Assembly: GCF_964204645.1 (NCBI RefSeq)
Contig: NC_134025.1
Coordinates: 8,246,001-8,310,000, forward strand
DNA length: 64,000 bases
Direction of reading: 5' to 3'
Origin: Tubulanus polymorphus
Taxonomy: Eukaryota > Animalia > Nemertea
The notes under the pieces are model-generated. The model was given only the letters and a program-made list of their open reading frames with translations, did not search any database and was not told the DNA's origin. Positions within the stretch are counted from its first letter, which is position 1. Every line of letters starts with the position of its first letter. Below, in pieces: positions 1 through 12,900 of the stretch. The position numbers and the translations under genes were made by a program.

Positions 1-2
1 GT

Positions 3-2273
3 CAAGGCATTTTTTCCAGTTACTATAACCTGTTGAGTGCTCTGCCTGTCAAAGATGATGAACAATGGCCATATGTTGGTCTTAGCCCAACTGGACTTGC
101 CTATGGAGACACAGCAAAGGTATAAAATTTACCCGGTCTATGGTTAGTTGAAGATTTATATGATCATCACATTCATTGAACAACGTTTTGAAATGTTTCT
201 GATTTTAGGACTATTTAGGCCATGTATTCTGGGACCAAGAAATCTGGATGTTTCCTAATATACTTTTGCTGTACCCAGAAATTGCAAAAATACTGTTGAA
301 AGGGAGACTACGAAGGCATCGTGCTGCTCTGGAGAATGCTAAAATTAATGGGAATCATGGCGCACAATTTCCTTGGGAAAGTGCCTTGACAGGCAAGTCA
401 ATATTCTTGCTCTTAGCCATTGTGCATTCTCGCTACGAGTTAGTTGGATGTTGATGAAATGTAGCTTCAATAAATTAATGAACATTGTGTATTTTGATTT
501 ACTTTTAGGTGTTGAAGTCACCCCTGATGCTAAATATGGAAAAGATGAGATACATATCACTGGTGACATATCTTTAGCAATACGCCAATACATCTTTTTC
601 ACCAGGGATGTACAGTTCCTTACAAATGGTGGAAAATCTTTGGTTGCAGATATTGCCACCTTTTGGATGAAAAGAAGTGTCTATAAACCAGCTACAAAGC
701 TAAGGGAAATCTTAGGTAAGAAAAGATGGGGGAATTGATATGCTATATTTATATTCCATTTCAGTATCACTGCTGTATATCTTTACGACACGTAACTTTT
801 GACAATCTCATTACAGCATTTTCCAAACCTTTCCGGATGATTTTTTGTCATGTTTTCTACTTATTTGACTTAGGGTAACTTTGACTGTGGTTTGTATATC
901 ATATTTCAGATGTTATGCCTCCAGATGAGCATCATAACCATGTTGATAATTCTGCTTACACGAATGTAGTTGCCCAGATCAGTTTGGAGAATCCCTATGC
1001 ACTCACAGTCGCTGCAGGAATCTCTAAACTTAACAATGATTACCATAGAGCCTGGCTCAAGTAAGCAACTGTACTAAAATTAGAATTTTCTCTCAGAGTG
1101 GCTCATATTATTACTACTAACATGTGGTCATCGAATAAACACTATAATCCATGTACACTGTAGATAAATGAAGAAATCCCACACTTCGAATTAAATTATA
1201 CTGATGGAATTTATTATTTTGCAACCACATCTTGTGCGGTTTCGAAATAATAGATTCTATCAGTATAATTTAATTCAAAGTGTGGGATTTCTTCATTCAT
1301 TTTACTAACGTGTGCTCGTGATTTTTTCCTCAGTTATGCAAAACAAATGTATGTACCGTTTGATGAGGAGGAACAATACCACCCTGAGTTTGATGGCTAT
1401 AAAATGAACATGCCCATTAAACAGGCTGATGGTATCTTATTGGGATATCCATTGATGTATAATATGACTCCATCCATACGTCACAATGATCTCACTATCT
1501 ATGAAAAGGTGGGCTTTCTAATAATCGTTATCAAACTAATTTTAAACAATCGTCTTCAAAGGACATATTTTTTGGAATCATGCCGCTGCAATTCATTGTT
1601 TGTTTTAGGTTATTGAAGCATCAGGCCCAGCTATGACCTGGAGTATGTTCGCTATTGGTTGGTTAGAAATAAAGAGTCGAGATAAGGCCTGGCAAGTTTT
1701 CAAAAGGCAATTTATGAACATACATGAACCATTTCAGGTGCGAATGAAACTATTTTCAGCTGCTGAATATTGTGCATTGTTTTCAAGTTCAAGAGTATTG
1801 GTAACAATGTAGAAATGGTACAAATCTGTACCTGCAGAAATGATTGATATTTTTCATATTTTTATATACAGGTTTGGACTGAAACCAGCACAGGGGGAGG
1901 AGCAGCAAACTTCATCACTGGGGCAGGTGGATTTCTGCAGGCAGTCACATTTGGATATGTCGGCCTTCGGATATATGATGATCGCTTGGACTTTGACCCC
2001 GTGTTTCCGCCAAAAGTCAACCAGATGAATGTTACTGGGATCAAATACCTCGGAGCATCTTTTAACTTCATAATAAAACAAAAAACTATTGATATCGTTC
2101 TGAAAAGTTTGCAGCCAAATTCGCCAAAATTCATGGTGAAAGTTTATTCAACTATGGTAGTAAAATATCCGCATATAAACGAAGCAGTAGTTATTGGACG
2201 AGAACGTGCCACACTTATGCCCATAAATGATAGGAAAAGGTATCAACCAAAAACAAAGAATAAATTTCTCTAA
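3..2273 (+). CDS. PGGHG: Protein-glucosylgalactosylhydroxylysine glucosidase (GH65, ATHL1/PGGHG), 5'-truncated, multi-exon
   Basis: Spliced translation gives YYNLLSALP..GLSPTGL, YLGHVFWDQEIWMFP, AQFPWESALTG..EIHITGDI, VMPPDEHH, IKQADGILLGYPL, GPAMTWSMF and VWTE..GAANFITGAGGFLQAV, which are hallmark PGGHG/GH65 motifs. Stop TAA at 2271-2273. The intron at 393-508 is GC-AG. Confidence 0.93.
1167..1297. mobile_element. Foldback/MITE-like palindrome in a PGGHG intron
   Basis: aatgaagaaatcccacacttcgaattaaattatactgat... is mirrored by ...atcagtataatttaattcaaagtgtgggatttcttcatt; near-perfect arms of about 60 bp. Confidence 0.8.
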
Positions 2274-2414
2274 TGACCGAGGAATACTGATATCAATGCG
2301 CTTTCCAGCCAATCGAATTTTAAGTTTCACCACTATGGACTTCCATACTGAAACCCATCACTAGACTTTTACATGTCTCAACTGAATTCATACGATAGAT
2401 TATCAATCGTTGTA

Positions 2415-2445
2415 CCTTGGAGTAATCAGTCTGATCACTCCAAGG
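2415..2445. mobile_element. 31-bp palindromic micro-element, copy 1
   Basis: ccttggagtaatcagtctgatcactccaagg flanked by the 5-bp direct repeat TTGTA. Confidence 0.7.
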
Positions 2446-3703
2446 TTGTACCTAGTCACTTTATATCATGAAATGATTTATTTTGTGTACAAAGGAAATC
2501 TTTTGAGTTTGTCTCTTGCTTCAATGCTACTCATCTTGGCTGTGTGTTGGCTTTATTTATTGATTCAGCACATGAGATTCCCATTGTTTGCACTCGGTGT
2601 TTCTAAAAATATTCACGTTTTCTGTGTATTGAAATGAAGCTGTTTGTATATTCATCAGTGTTGTCATCCTCTTGTTCATTTACGGTACTTAAAGAGTAAA
2701 TGCATGTATAGCTTTTATTAATTTATAATTGGATCTAGTGTAGTGTTATGTGGCCATTGTCAATCATATTAAGATGTATTTTTCATTGAAAAATTGATTG
2801 ATGCTTTTTGATGGCTATGAAAATGGGTGTATTAAATGTAATTATTTTTTCTATCTTTTATACGCTTTAGATGATATAATTTTTATATAGTTAGCATTGC
2901 TAAAACAGACTAGTGACTGCTTGTTCTAGACCCCACTGGTTGGGCTTTTTTGGCAGTACACTCACTGTAGAATGTTGATAAAATCATTATTAAGTAACTA
3001 TACTGTTACTACCATGCCATTTGCTGTATATATAAGTATAATAAGTAAACTAAAATTAACAATATGCCTATCCTTAGATGGTTCGTGAATGTATTTTAGA
3101 AACTTGGGTTCATTTTGAATTGATGACACGACACAAATTTCTCAAATCAGGATCGTCAAAACACAGATCTCATATCCATAAAGAGGTGATTAAATACTTG
3201 ATCATTCCAAATCATGTAATATTCACGTTTTGAGGCATTATATCAGTAAAAGTCACTGATGATATCATTTTGTTTTCAGTAGCATTTTTGCGAAGATGTT
3301 TATAAAGTTGATTGATTGCATAATGAGGACTATCAAAATCTTAAGACATTTTGCAATTATCGGATTGATGATGCATGTACTGCTAGCTGTATTGTTGTAA
3401 CTGTGTAAATTTTGAGGAATTTTATATATACGCTCTAGTAGCTTACATACTTCTCAAAGAACAGATTGTTTTGAATGCTCTGTGATGATTGTGATATTCT
3501 CCATGCATTAATGAAATAAAATATTATCTACATCTTTGAAATACAAATTGATACATTTTATATACTTGGATCATCCATTTATGACGCACACAATATTACC
3601 TAAATTCTTTTTACTTCCCTCTTGGGGCAGGAAATTAGTTTAACCTATATCTTCAGCTACAATAATCAATGATATCAGCATTCCATCGCATGTACATGTA
3701 GTT

Positions 3704-3943
3704 ATACAGCTATCACCCTGCTGTCTGTACACACCCCCTCAGACGTTCGACAGGCATGAACTAGTTTCCAAAAACATGTTTGTCCAGGCGTCACCACCCT
3801 GCTTCAATACCATTTTATTCTGAAATTTTCATTGAATGAAGGCGTCATGTCTGATCCATGGATCTTATCATTGTTGAAAGTTGTTCGTCCAGACTTCGTC
3901 TGAGGGGATGGTTAGGGTACAGACAGCAGATTGACAGCTGCAT
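3704..3943. mobile_element. MITE with terminal inverted repeats
   Basis: atacagctatcaccctgctgtctgtac...cccctcagacg pairs with cgtctgagggg...gtacagacagcagattgacagctgcat. Confidence 0.75.
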
Positions 3944-3974
3944 TAATGCAGCGAAACTTGCTCCAGTTGTTATC

Positions 3975-4102
3975 AGATTAAGTCGTTTTCATTTTTTAGT
4001 CGCAATTTCCAATTCAAATCACTAAGTGTAAGTCGTTATTTGGATAAGTCATTGTTGTAATGATTTTCCCTAATGCAACCACTTAAAATGAGTTTCACTG
4101 TA
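3975..4102. repeat. Dispersed repeat fragment (pogo/Tigger-like MITE), related to 15314-15437
   Basis: Shares aagtgtaagt(c/t)gt(t/c)atttggataagtc with the 15.4 kb copy and ends in cactgta. Confidence 0.55.
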
Positions 4103-4112
4103 CCTAGTCCCA

Positions 4113-4145
4113 CCTTGGAGTAATCATTGAATGACTACTCCAAGG
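4113..4145. mobile_element. 33-bp palindromic micro-element, copy 2
   Basis: ccttggagtaatcattgaatgactactccaagg flanked by the 5-bp direct repeat TCCCA. Confidence 0.7.
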
Positions 4146-4581
4146 TCCCACATACTAGGTAACTTCTCTACCATTGTATACTAACTATGGATCAACCATG
4201 AACATATCTTTTGAATGCGTACCACAATTGTTACTTTCCTGCTACCGTACATTAGTTCTGTATACAGGTATGTTACCAGTAGATGGAATATTTGAATACA
4301 ACAAATAAACTCACAATAAAGCTTTATATATTTTGTTAAATGTAATTTTATTCTATTTCTGGACGGTCATGATATAAAAAGCTAATCACATACTACATAT
4401 GCTGTATAACCTGATTATACAATACATGTACAAATGTTTGTACTGATAAATAAAATTTTTCAAAGGCTGAGTATTGTAATTGAGGCAAATTAAATGAGCT
4501 GCAAGATTACACAAATGAGTTTCGATTTTCTGACTAACTTGCTAGTACATTTACTACACTGCCAACAAAGTAAAATATCGT

Positions 4582-7500
4582 CTAGCTATCATAAAAATCA
4601 AAGTCGTCCCTCTCATCTTCTTGGTGTGGCTGTTTCGATTTAGAAATATCTAGATCAACTTCAGTTTCTGTATCAGAACCAGTCCTCAAGGCAGCTGAAA
4701 AATGAGCATATCCTAAATTTATCCCATATATCATTCTCGTATTGTGGACCTATTTGGCATTAAAGAACCTTCTGAGGAAGACTTACCGAGACGCCGGGCT
4801 CCAGTGGATGATCCTAAGTTAGAACCCCCACCACTACTTAAAACGAAAATTTTAATGCATTATGGATACCATGAGATTAACTACAAATGAATTGACTAAT
4901 AATAAGTGAGCTTGTTTGCTTACCTTCTATCAATGGCAGTTGGAATATAGGCAGGTGATGCAGCAGATAGAGAACTACCAATTGATTCATCTCTCCGACT
5001 TGACAGTTGATCGCTACCATGAGATGATCCGAGAATTGTGTCACCTCTAGTATTATCCAATGTTCCTGTTGGAACTGTTAACCTGAACGCAAATGTATCA
5101 TCATCACTGTATAGTTTAAACCATTGTAGAAGTCTCGTTAAAATGTAAAATCTTTTATTTTCTTACCTGTTATTAGTGTCGGCTGACCCAACAGCGAGTT
5201 GGGTTTCGATGTCATCTATATCACTATCATCACCATGACTAGTGAAAGTGGCAGTTCCTGATAGCAAACTTCGATAGGCTGCAGTCTCTATAGAAATAAA
5301 TGAAGAGATATTCAGTACAACTTCCTTTAGAAAATTGATTCTCCGTAAATAATAGATATTGATTCAAACTCACGTGTGAGCGGTGTTGTGTCATTAGCTA
5401 TGGGTTGACTAAAGAAGTCGCCATTTTCTAGTATACTGTTAAGCTTTGTAGGAGAGCCTAAAACATAAGACATACAGTCTTTGAATTATTAGTAACGAAT
5501 CATGATATTTCAGATCAGATGTTCTTAAATGAAGATTGTACCGGTTTTGAGAGGTGACTGTCTGGTGGGACTGCCAGGGACCGACTCAGGCTCTGTATCA
5601 CTTATCACCGATTCATCTTGACTTGTGTTTTGAAGCAGTGTGGTTAAAAGTGAAACCGCCTAAAACAATATAAAATCAATACCAATAGAGAAAAGAAATT
5701 CATTTCAAGAAATCATTCACTGATAGACTTATATTATACACAAACCTTAGATTTTTCAGTTGAAAATCTACTGACTAATTGGGGACTGAATAGCTGAGCT
5801 GTTTCACTGGGTCCCATTATATTGTGATGAACCATTTGCTGCATATGAACGTATAGTTTGTCCCACATGTTGGCAGCTGTAGGGCTAAGATATGACCTAT
5901 AAAGGTACAAATTGGTATTTAGACACTAACTAAGTACGGTAACATTTCAGCATTTCATAAGGTCTACGTATAGCTATATATATATATGGTGGGTCTATAT
6001 ACATTTTATGCATGATTTCTGCATAATGTGAATGTACATGTACCTTATCGTCACATCCTTTGTAATATGGGATGTTGTACGTAACAATTCATCAGACAAC
6101 AGACAACTTGATGGCAGTGATTTTATTACTGACGCTAATTCCTCTTTAACAACCATGCTCAACAGTACTGGGTCATTGTGATCCAAATTATCACCACTAT
6201 TTGCAGAACTAGAAAAGATAATACCATCTCAATAATGATAACAAACTTCATCGCACTGCTTTGAAGCAAATCACATGAATGAAACAGTGAGACTGACAAC
6301 ATCTCTGTGTAGCAATCATATCCATTCCACAATCATCAGGTCAGAGGGTTTAGATAAAAAAGTATGAGTCGTTTTACAGAAAGATAATACGGAGTACTTA
6401 CAATATTATCTCTCGTTTCTTGCTATAGGTAGGAGGTATATCTCTATAAAAGCTATGCGAGGTAAACGTAGTTTCAAAATCATTCTGCACCGATTTTAGC
6501 AGATTGTATAAGCCTTCATATGTCAGTTGATCAGAGTTGACCACCAGAGATGATTTATGACTCACACTTTCATCTGATAACACTGGAGATGTAGCCTTTT
6601 TCTCATTTTTACCACTACTCAGTGGTAAGCTGAGATTTTCGCTAATCTCATCGCTGTCACGGTTTTCGATGTTTTGTTGTCGTTCTAAAGAACGCTGGCT
6701 TATAGACTCCTGTGAATGGTGGGATCGAGGCGTAACTGCAGGCTGTTGATCTAAAATGAGGGAGTGAGTGTTTTGCAAAGTATGATGCATGTATAATGTC
6801 AACTGGACCACTTAAATTCACAGGTAGATCCATAACATTTATTCTAAAATCAGACATGTTTTACTCACTTTTAAGAGTATCGTCAGCTTCTGAATCAGCT
6901 TTGATTGTGCTTTTATTAGACTTTTCAATTTCTGAAGAGCTGGCCAGCTGTAGAGGACTGGCATCATGGAATGATATTTTAGGTGATAAAATATGCGAGT
7001 CATTACTGGCGGAATGATGTGTGATTGTACGCCTAGCAGCAGATCTCTCGGGAGATGGAGTCGAACGTCTGGGCATAAACTGAGGATGTCGTGGAGTAGC
7101 TGAAGGCAGATCGGAGATCTACAAATACATCACACAATTATTAAGTAACAGTGAGTGATATGATTTTCCAGTTGTTTGTTTCAGTCCTTAGTGTACAAGT
7201 GACAATATACAGTTATTATCATATAGCAATTATACAATATCATATAGAATTGGTACTGAAATAAGCCTGAAATAAACAGTACCGGACTAGAAGCTGGTGA
7301 TGGTCATGAGATTGATTCAGTTAACCTAACATGATGCTCAGAGAATCATCATGACACAAGTTGAGAAGTAGCATTCAAGAGTAGTTTGAGCTCCAAGAAA
7401 AAACCATCAATGCCCGAATAAAAGAATCGTGTATTATCAAGTTTAAGTATTGTGTTGATAACATGGAGGACGATAACCTAATGAATTTCAGCAGATAATA

Positions 7501-9684
7501 AATACACAACAATACTATACGCAATAATAAGCAGCTAAAAACTGACACAGCTATAATCCAGTACATCAAAAAGTAATAACTACACTATCTTACAAGATAT
7601 TAAAGAAATGATATTTCCATTTGATGATGAACGCTTAAGGAAAACTTTCAGTGCCTCAACAGGCATTCCCAAAAGCATGATATCGGTAATATCTTATAAT
7701 ACTGTTACTATTAGCTCCAACATATGATGGTGTATATGTATAAACTAATGAACTACTAGAAATAGCAATAGCTCCCAGCCACCAATAAAACTGAATAAAT
7801 TGACTATAAAACGTGCAATATTCACTTTTTCATGGGGGGTAGTTTGTCTTGGGATTATGACTGGGTCTGGAATCGAGCTTCCAGGGGAGAAAATTGGATG
7901 TCTTGGAGTGGCAGATGGTAGTTCAGATACCTGCAAGCATCAAATGAAAATTACTGAACACCATATCAATATAAAACCATAGAAAAGAAAAGCATAGCAT
8001 AGCTACTAGGCCTACACGGTACTATCAACTCTGAAATAGCAACAAAAAACAAAAATAAAAACTGGCTTTCAATGAAATTTACCTCACTTAAACTGTTGAC
8101 AGGAGATGTCGGCCAATCAGATGTGGATACATGAGAAACTGGCTCTTCCAATGTGGCTTCCTCTCTTTTGAACAATGGGGGAACAACAACTGGTGTAGTA
8201 TCAGGAACATCAACTAGTGGTAAACATAATATGAGTACGAAAAAAATAGTCTGAATCTATAATCTGCAAGATGTGGAAAGCGATCAATTGCTTCTACATA
8301 TTTACACACCTGCATTAACAATCATGGCGGGCTTCTGTTGAGAGGCTTCAGTCGAACTTTTAATATAGCTTTCAAAAACGGGGGCTGCATACTCCATCTT
8401 AAAAAGATAATACTGGCATATATACCAATTAAAGATAAATGGTAATGGTATAATTACAGAAAATCAAAGCCTACTTGTTGTTGCTGCTTCAAAATAACAG
8501 GAGAATCATCTTTCTTAACTTCTGTTGCTGATACTTCAGGTTGTTGAACCAGTTCATAGGCGAGGGGGCCTTGTTGAACAGGATGACGTTTTACAGGTAG
8601 TTGTCTTGGTTGTTGAGCCTGTGGTACATTATCTACTGGTTCCTGTTGCTTAGCCTGCCATTCCATTACTTTTGCTTTCCATTGAGGATATTTCTGGTCG
8701 ATGTAGTTTTCATATTGTTGCTATAAAAAGAAAATGTCCATTACCATTTATTTGTAATGAGTCGTAATGAATTTGTAATTTGTAATGTAGGCGAGTGGCT
8801 CAGGCATTCAACTTTGGATTCTAGATCAATGATTTAAATGCTTTTTTAGAGGATTGTAGTTCAGATGTTACATCTCCCCAGCCAGAGATATGGTCTCAGA
8901 GTGATGATGAGATACTAATGACTATCACGGATCATATTTCATTGTAGATGATGTCACTCAAGAATTAATACTAGCCCAATTTTCTTTATTCTAAAACTTC
9001 ATACTCAATACATACTTTCATTAAGCGGAGCTGTTTAGTTCGTTCTGATAGCATAGATAGATTGGAATCAACACGTTCACATTCTTTCAATAAACTTTCA
9101 TTTCTTGCACGGCTTTTTTTCTCTTCTTCGCTAATCTTTTTCCAGTAACTTTGTAATTTTGCGTTTTTTAATGCAGCCCTGAACATAAGAAAAGAATTTC
9201 AAAAATGTCATAGTACACTATACATACCAGACGGCAAGATCTCATCTATAGACTATATACTTACAATCGTCGATCAGATTTGTAATAAGCATGTAGTTTT
9301 TGTTCTAACTTGAAGCGTTTAGTTTCACTTTAAAAAAATTAAATGAAAAGGAATGATAGTTTATTTCTCTGTTACCAGGAACTGAGAGGATAGAAATATA
9401 AAACATTTCGATAAAAACAACATTTTTGAAACTTTTGATGAAAAACAGACTGCAGAGCCATCTATCAGAATTTTGAATAACTTGGCCTGACAACAATCTT
9501 CCGTCGTTTAGAACTATAAATTCTAACTTTGTGAACGAAGGTCATAAATATTTTGTCATCATATAACTGGAAGATTAGCTTATAAATGCTTCAGATGGTC
9601 AAACACCAACCTAGCTTGTTGGACATCTTGTAATTCCTTCATTTTCTCATAAAATTCCACATTAACCACATTACCGGACGCCAT
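4582..9684 (-). CDS. KIZ: Centrosomal protein kizuna (PLK1 substrate), multi-exon
   Basis: The N-terminus MASGNVVNVEFYEKMKELQDVQQASETKRFKLEQKLHAYYKSDRRL..LKNAKLQSYWKKISEEEKKSRARNESLLKECERV matches the kizuna N-terminal coiled coil (human YYERLGQLQ..SEKKRLDLEKKLYEY..EKKAHTRNQEYLKRFERV). The C-terminus DDFDFYDS* resembles human DDSDDFYD*. Confidence 0.85.
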
Positions 9685-9735
9685 TTTGACGCTAACGCGT
9701 GTGGCAGTTCGAATCCCAAATAAAACGCGTCGAAA

Positions 9736-9840
9736 GCCCAGTTTCACAAAAAGGATTACGGCCTAAATCGATTTAAGATAAACTGAATTAATGAAGAAAT
9801 TAAATCGATTTAAGAGTGAAACCTTTTTGTGAAACTGGGC
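9736..9840. mobile_element. MITE within the KIZ/kinase bidirectional promoter
   Basis: Perfect 19-bp TIR gcccagtttcacaaaaagg / cctttttgtgaaactgggc, with two internal TAAATCGATTTA palindromes. Confidence 0.8.
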
Positions 9841-9933
9841 CCCTGGTAGATGTTAACCTGAGTCTCAGAGAGATACGAAATATCTCTAACCACTACAATC
9901 AAAATGGCTTATTCTCATTAGTATTGCGAGGGC

Positions 9934-12900
9934 ATGGCTCAAGACCGGCCTCGAAAATCGCATTTTAGGCCAATAGAAAAGTATGCATATTCCTCAAGCA
10001 ATTAACTAGATAAATGGGGTACAATCCTTCAAAACTATGCTTAGTTTGGTCGATGAAATTCCCCATGAATATGTAGTTTATAGTGCCACACCCGACCACC
10101 AAATTCAATTCAACAATTTTATTGCGCTCAAGAAGGACGATGAAGGCTATATAGTGTAATAATAAAGAATTTCTAAAGGATAAGCTTACAAAGACAGATA
10201 AAATGTTACATGTGAGAATTATGAGCCCAAAACATGTACTTGTAGAAAAACTCATTGGTTTTGTGCTAGTTAGTTACCTACTAATCGTTGATGTTGGTGG
10301 TAAGCTTTTTATTATCGGATGGGCTTATGTGGTTTGTGAAAATATCCGATCGTGAAACTTAACCACAGACAGGTTACTGACTAGTTTTGTGCATGATTGT
10401 GCCATTGCCATTTATTATCGAAATTAATGTATGATAATATGAAGTGAAATAGTTATTATCTTATTACAATGTATGTAGCAAGTAGACCCCAGAAGCAGTT
10501 TTTATGTATGCAAATGATTTTATTTATAGTAATTTCATCAATGATATTTTCTATCTTCTAGGGACAAGCATGAATTGGTGCGACTGGTTCCACCTCTGGT
10601 TCATATGAGCGCCTATGTGACTGGTGGATTGAAATGCTTATATCATAACATTAACAACCAAACTGTTCCTAAACTTCATGGTAAATGAACAAAATCTACT
10701 GAACGAAAGTCACAGGGGCTCGTAGTTTAAGTTCTGGGGTGAACTGTAGCTTAGATCATCCATTGTCACAGGTACTATATGTATACAAAAGACATTTTCT
10801 TATATTGTTGATATATTTATGTTTTCAGAGCAAGGACAATTTACTGATAAACGAGGATGTTTTCGGTTCAAGCAAAATCTGCCACTACTTGCTTTTCGAT
10901 ACAAGTATGTCGAAATCATTGGAAAAGGACAGTCATGCATTTTCATCAAGGCAATGGTATGTATTTTCAATTGTAAGACATAACCATAGCCAAAAGCCGG
11001 GTTTCACAAATTATAGTATGTATTGATACACTCTTTCATTTTAGGATACATTTAAAGATGATACACTTGTGTCAATTAAGATCTTACATACAAGCTATGG
11101 AGTGCTTGGTATTCAGGAATGCGATTGCATTAGAAGAATGAACATGGCTGATCCATGGGGCTTCTCTTCGACTTTAAGATTACTGGTGAGACATCTAGTT
11201 TGATGTGAAAAATCATCAGGAACTAGGTGGAATTTATCTACAGTTACATTGTATTTCATTTTATTGAATTTCAGAATACATTCATTTTTGATGAGCATTT
11301 CTGTATGGTATTTGACTTGTTTTACCCTAGTCCACTGACTCATTATTTCAAAAACATCAATAAAAGCTTGGTTAGTAGTTTTCATTGTAATAGCCTGTAT
11401 TAGAACTGAGAATTCTATCCTAATCAGATTAATCGAAATATCTATTGTGAGATACAGATACAGTTGTACTTATCTTAGTTGATCACTTCTAATTAATTTT
11501 GTTTTTTTAATACAGAAAATAAAGTATATTAGAAAAGCTGCATTAAAACTACTACAAGTATTGGGTTTCCTCAAGCGTATTGATGTGATTCATGCAGATC
11601 TAAAACCAGAAAATATTCTACTAGCTGATGGTAATAAAAAGCAATATTTGCTGAAACTCATTTTATTTGCTTACTTCATCCCCCTTTGCCTCTACAATGT
11701 ACTAATGGTTTGTTTTGACACAATTTAGTAAATGACACCAGTACATTGCGCGTTGTTGACTTTGGGAATGCTATTCACTGTGTCCACGATGAAGTATCAT
11801 TGTACTATGAAGATTTTGAGCTGCAGACTTTATTGTATAGAGCACCTGAGGTAAGTCATTACAATATTTTCCATGGTTCTTGCAGAGATAAAGTACATAA
11901 TAACTGATCTCATTACAGGTTATGTTCGGAATTCCATTTTCAACGGAAATTGATATGTGGTCATTGGGTTGTATTTTGGCTGAACTCTACACAGGCAAAC
12001 CTCTATTTTATGGGAAAGATAAAAGAGAATTGCTTTCTGCTGTAAGTCTCTGACTCAATTGATTATTTGAATACCTTGGTTCAGATAATCTTGATAACTA
12101 AAAATATGGTCTTGAAATTGGTTATTTCAGGCAGTTGGCATGTTCGGAACTTTTCCAAAAAATCTATTTCATCGTGGGAAGTTTTATCCAATGTTTAAAG
12201 ATCTGACAAAAGATGGTATTCAACCAAGTGCCACGCCTATAATGATTAAAAGGTTGCAGTTGACAGGGGATTACGCATTTGCTGATTTTCTAGCAAAATT
12301 ATTACGATTCAATCCAGGTATTGTTCTTCTTGCAATGCTAGGAAATAATAGATTGTGTTTCACGGTCTTCAGTGATCAATACTCATTTGTCCATTGTAGA
12401 TGAAAGAATGACCCCATCACAGGCTGCCAGACATCCATTTCTTGCTCCTGAATTAGGCTTGATGTATATGTGTAGCGATAATGACACTTATTCACCGATC
12501 ATGCTCGATAGCTCTTACAATCTAAAACCAGTTATAGCTCCAGAAATTCAAAAAAAACACCTCGCACCTCGTGCTTTACTTTCTGAGGGAACTACCGGAC
12601 ACATCATAGTTCCAACAGTCCAAAAAACAATGCAAGTACAACCAAACAAGCGAAATTCAAAAGCGAATAAAAATGTTATACCAAAAACAGCAAAAGCTTT
12701 GGATCGAAAATTACCTGATAATCAGAATGCCTCTGACCTGAGCAACATTATGGAATTAATACGTGCCGAAGAGGAAAAAATACGTCATGCAGAGTCGGTG
12801 AAGTCTATGTATGTGCAACAAAAAAATCAACACTTCTATGATATAAGCATTGATTCCAATGCTGGTGTTTCATCTGGTTGTGAAAATACTTCTAAGGTCA

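Noticed and set aside
2410-2637. Hydrophobic ORF as an alternative membrane-anchor exon of PGGHG
   Set aside because: I found no convincing donor/acceptor pair in that frame; it is likely AT-rich 3'UTR.
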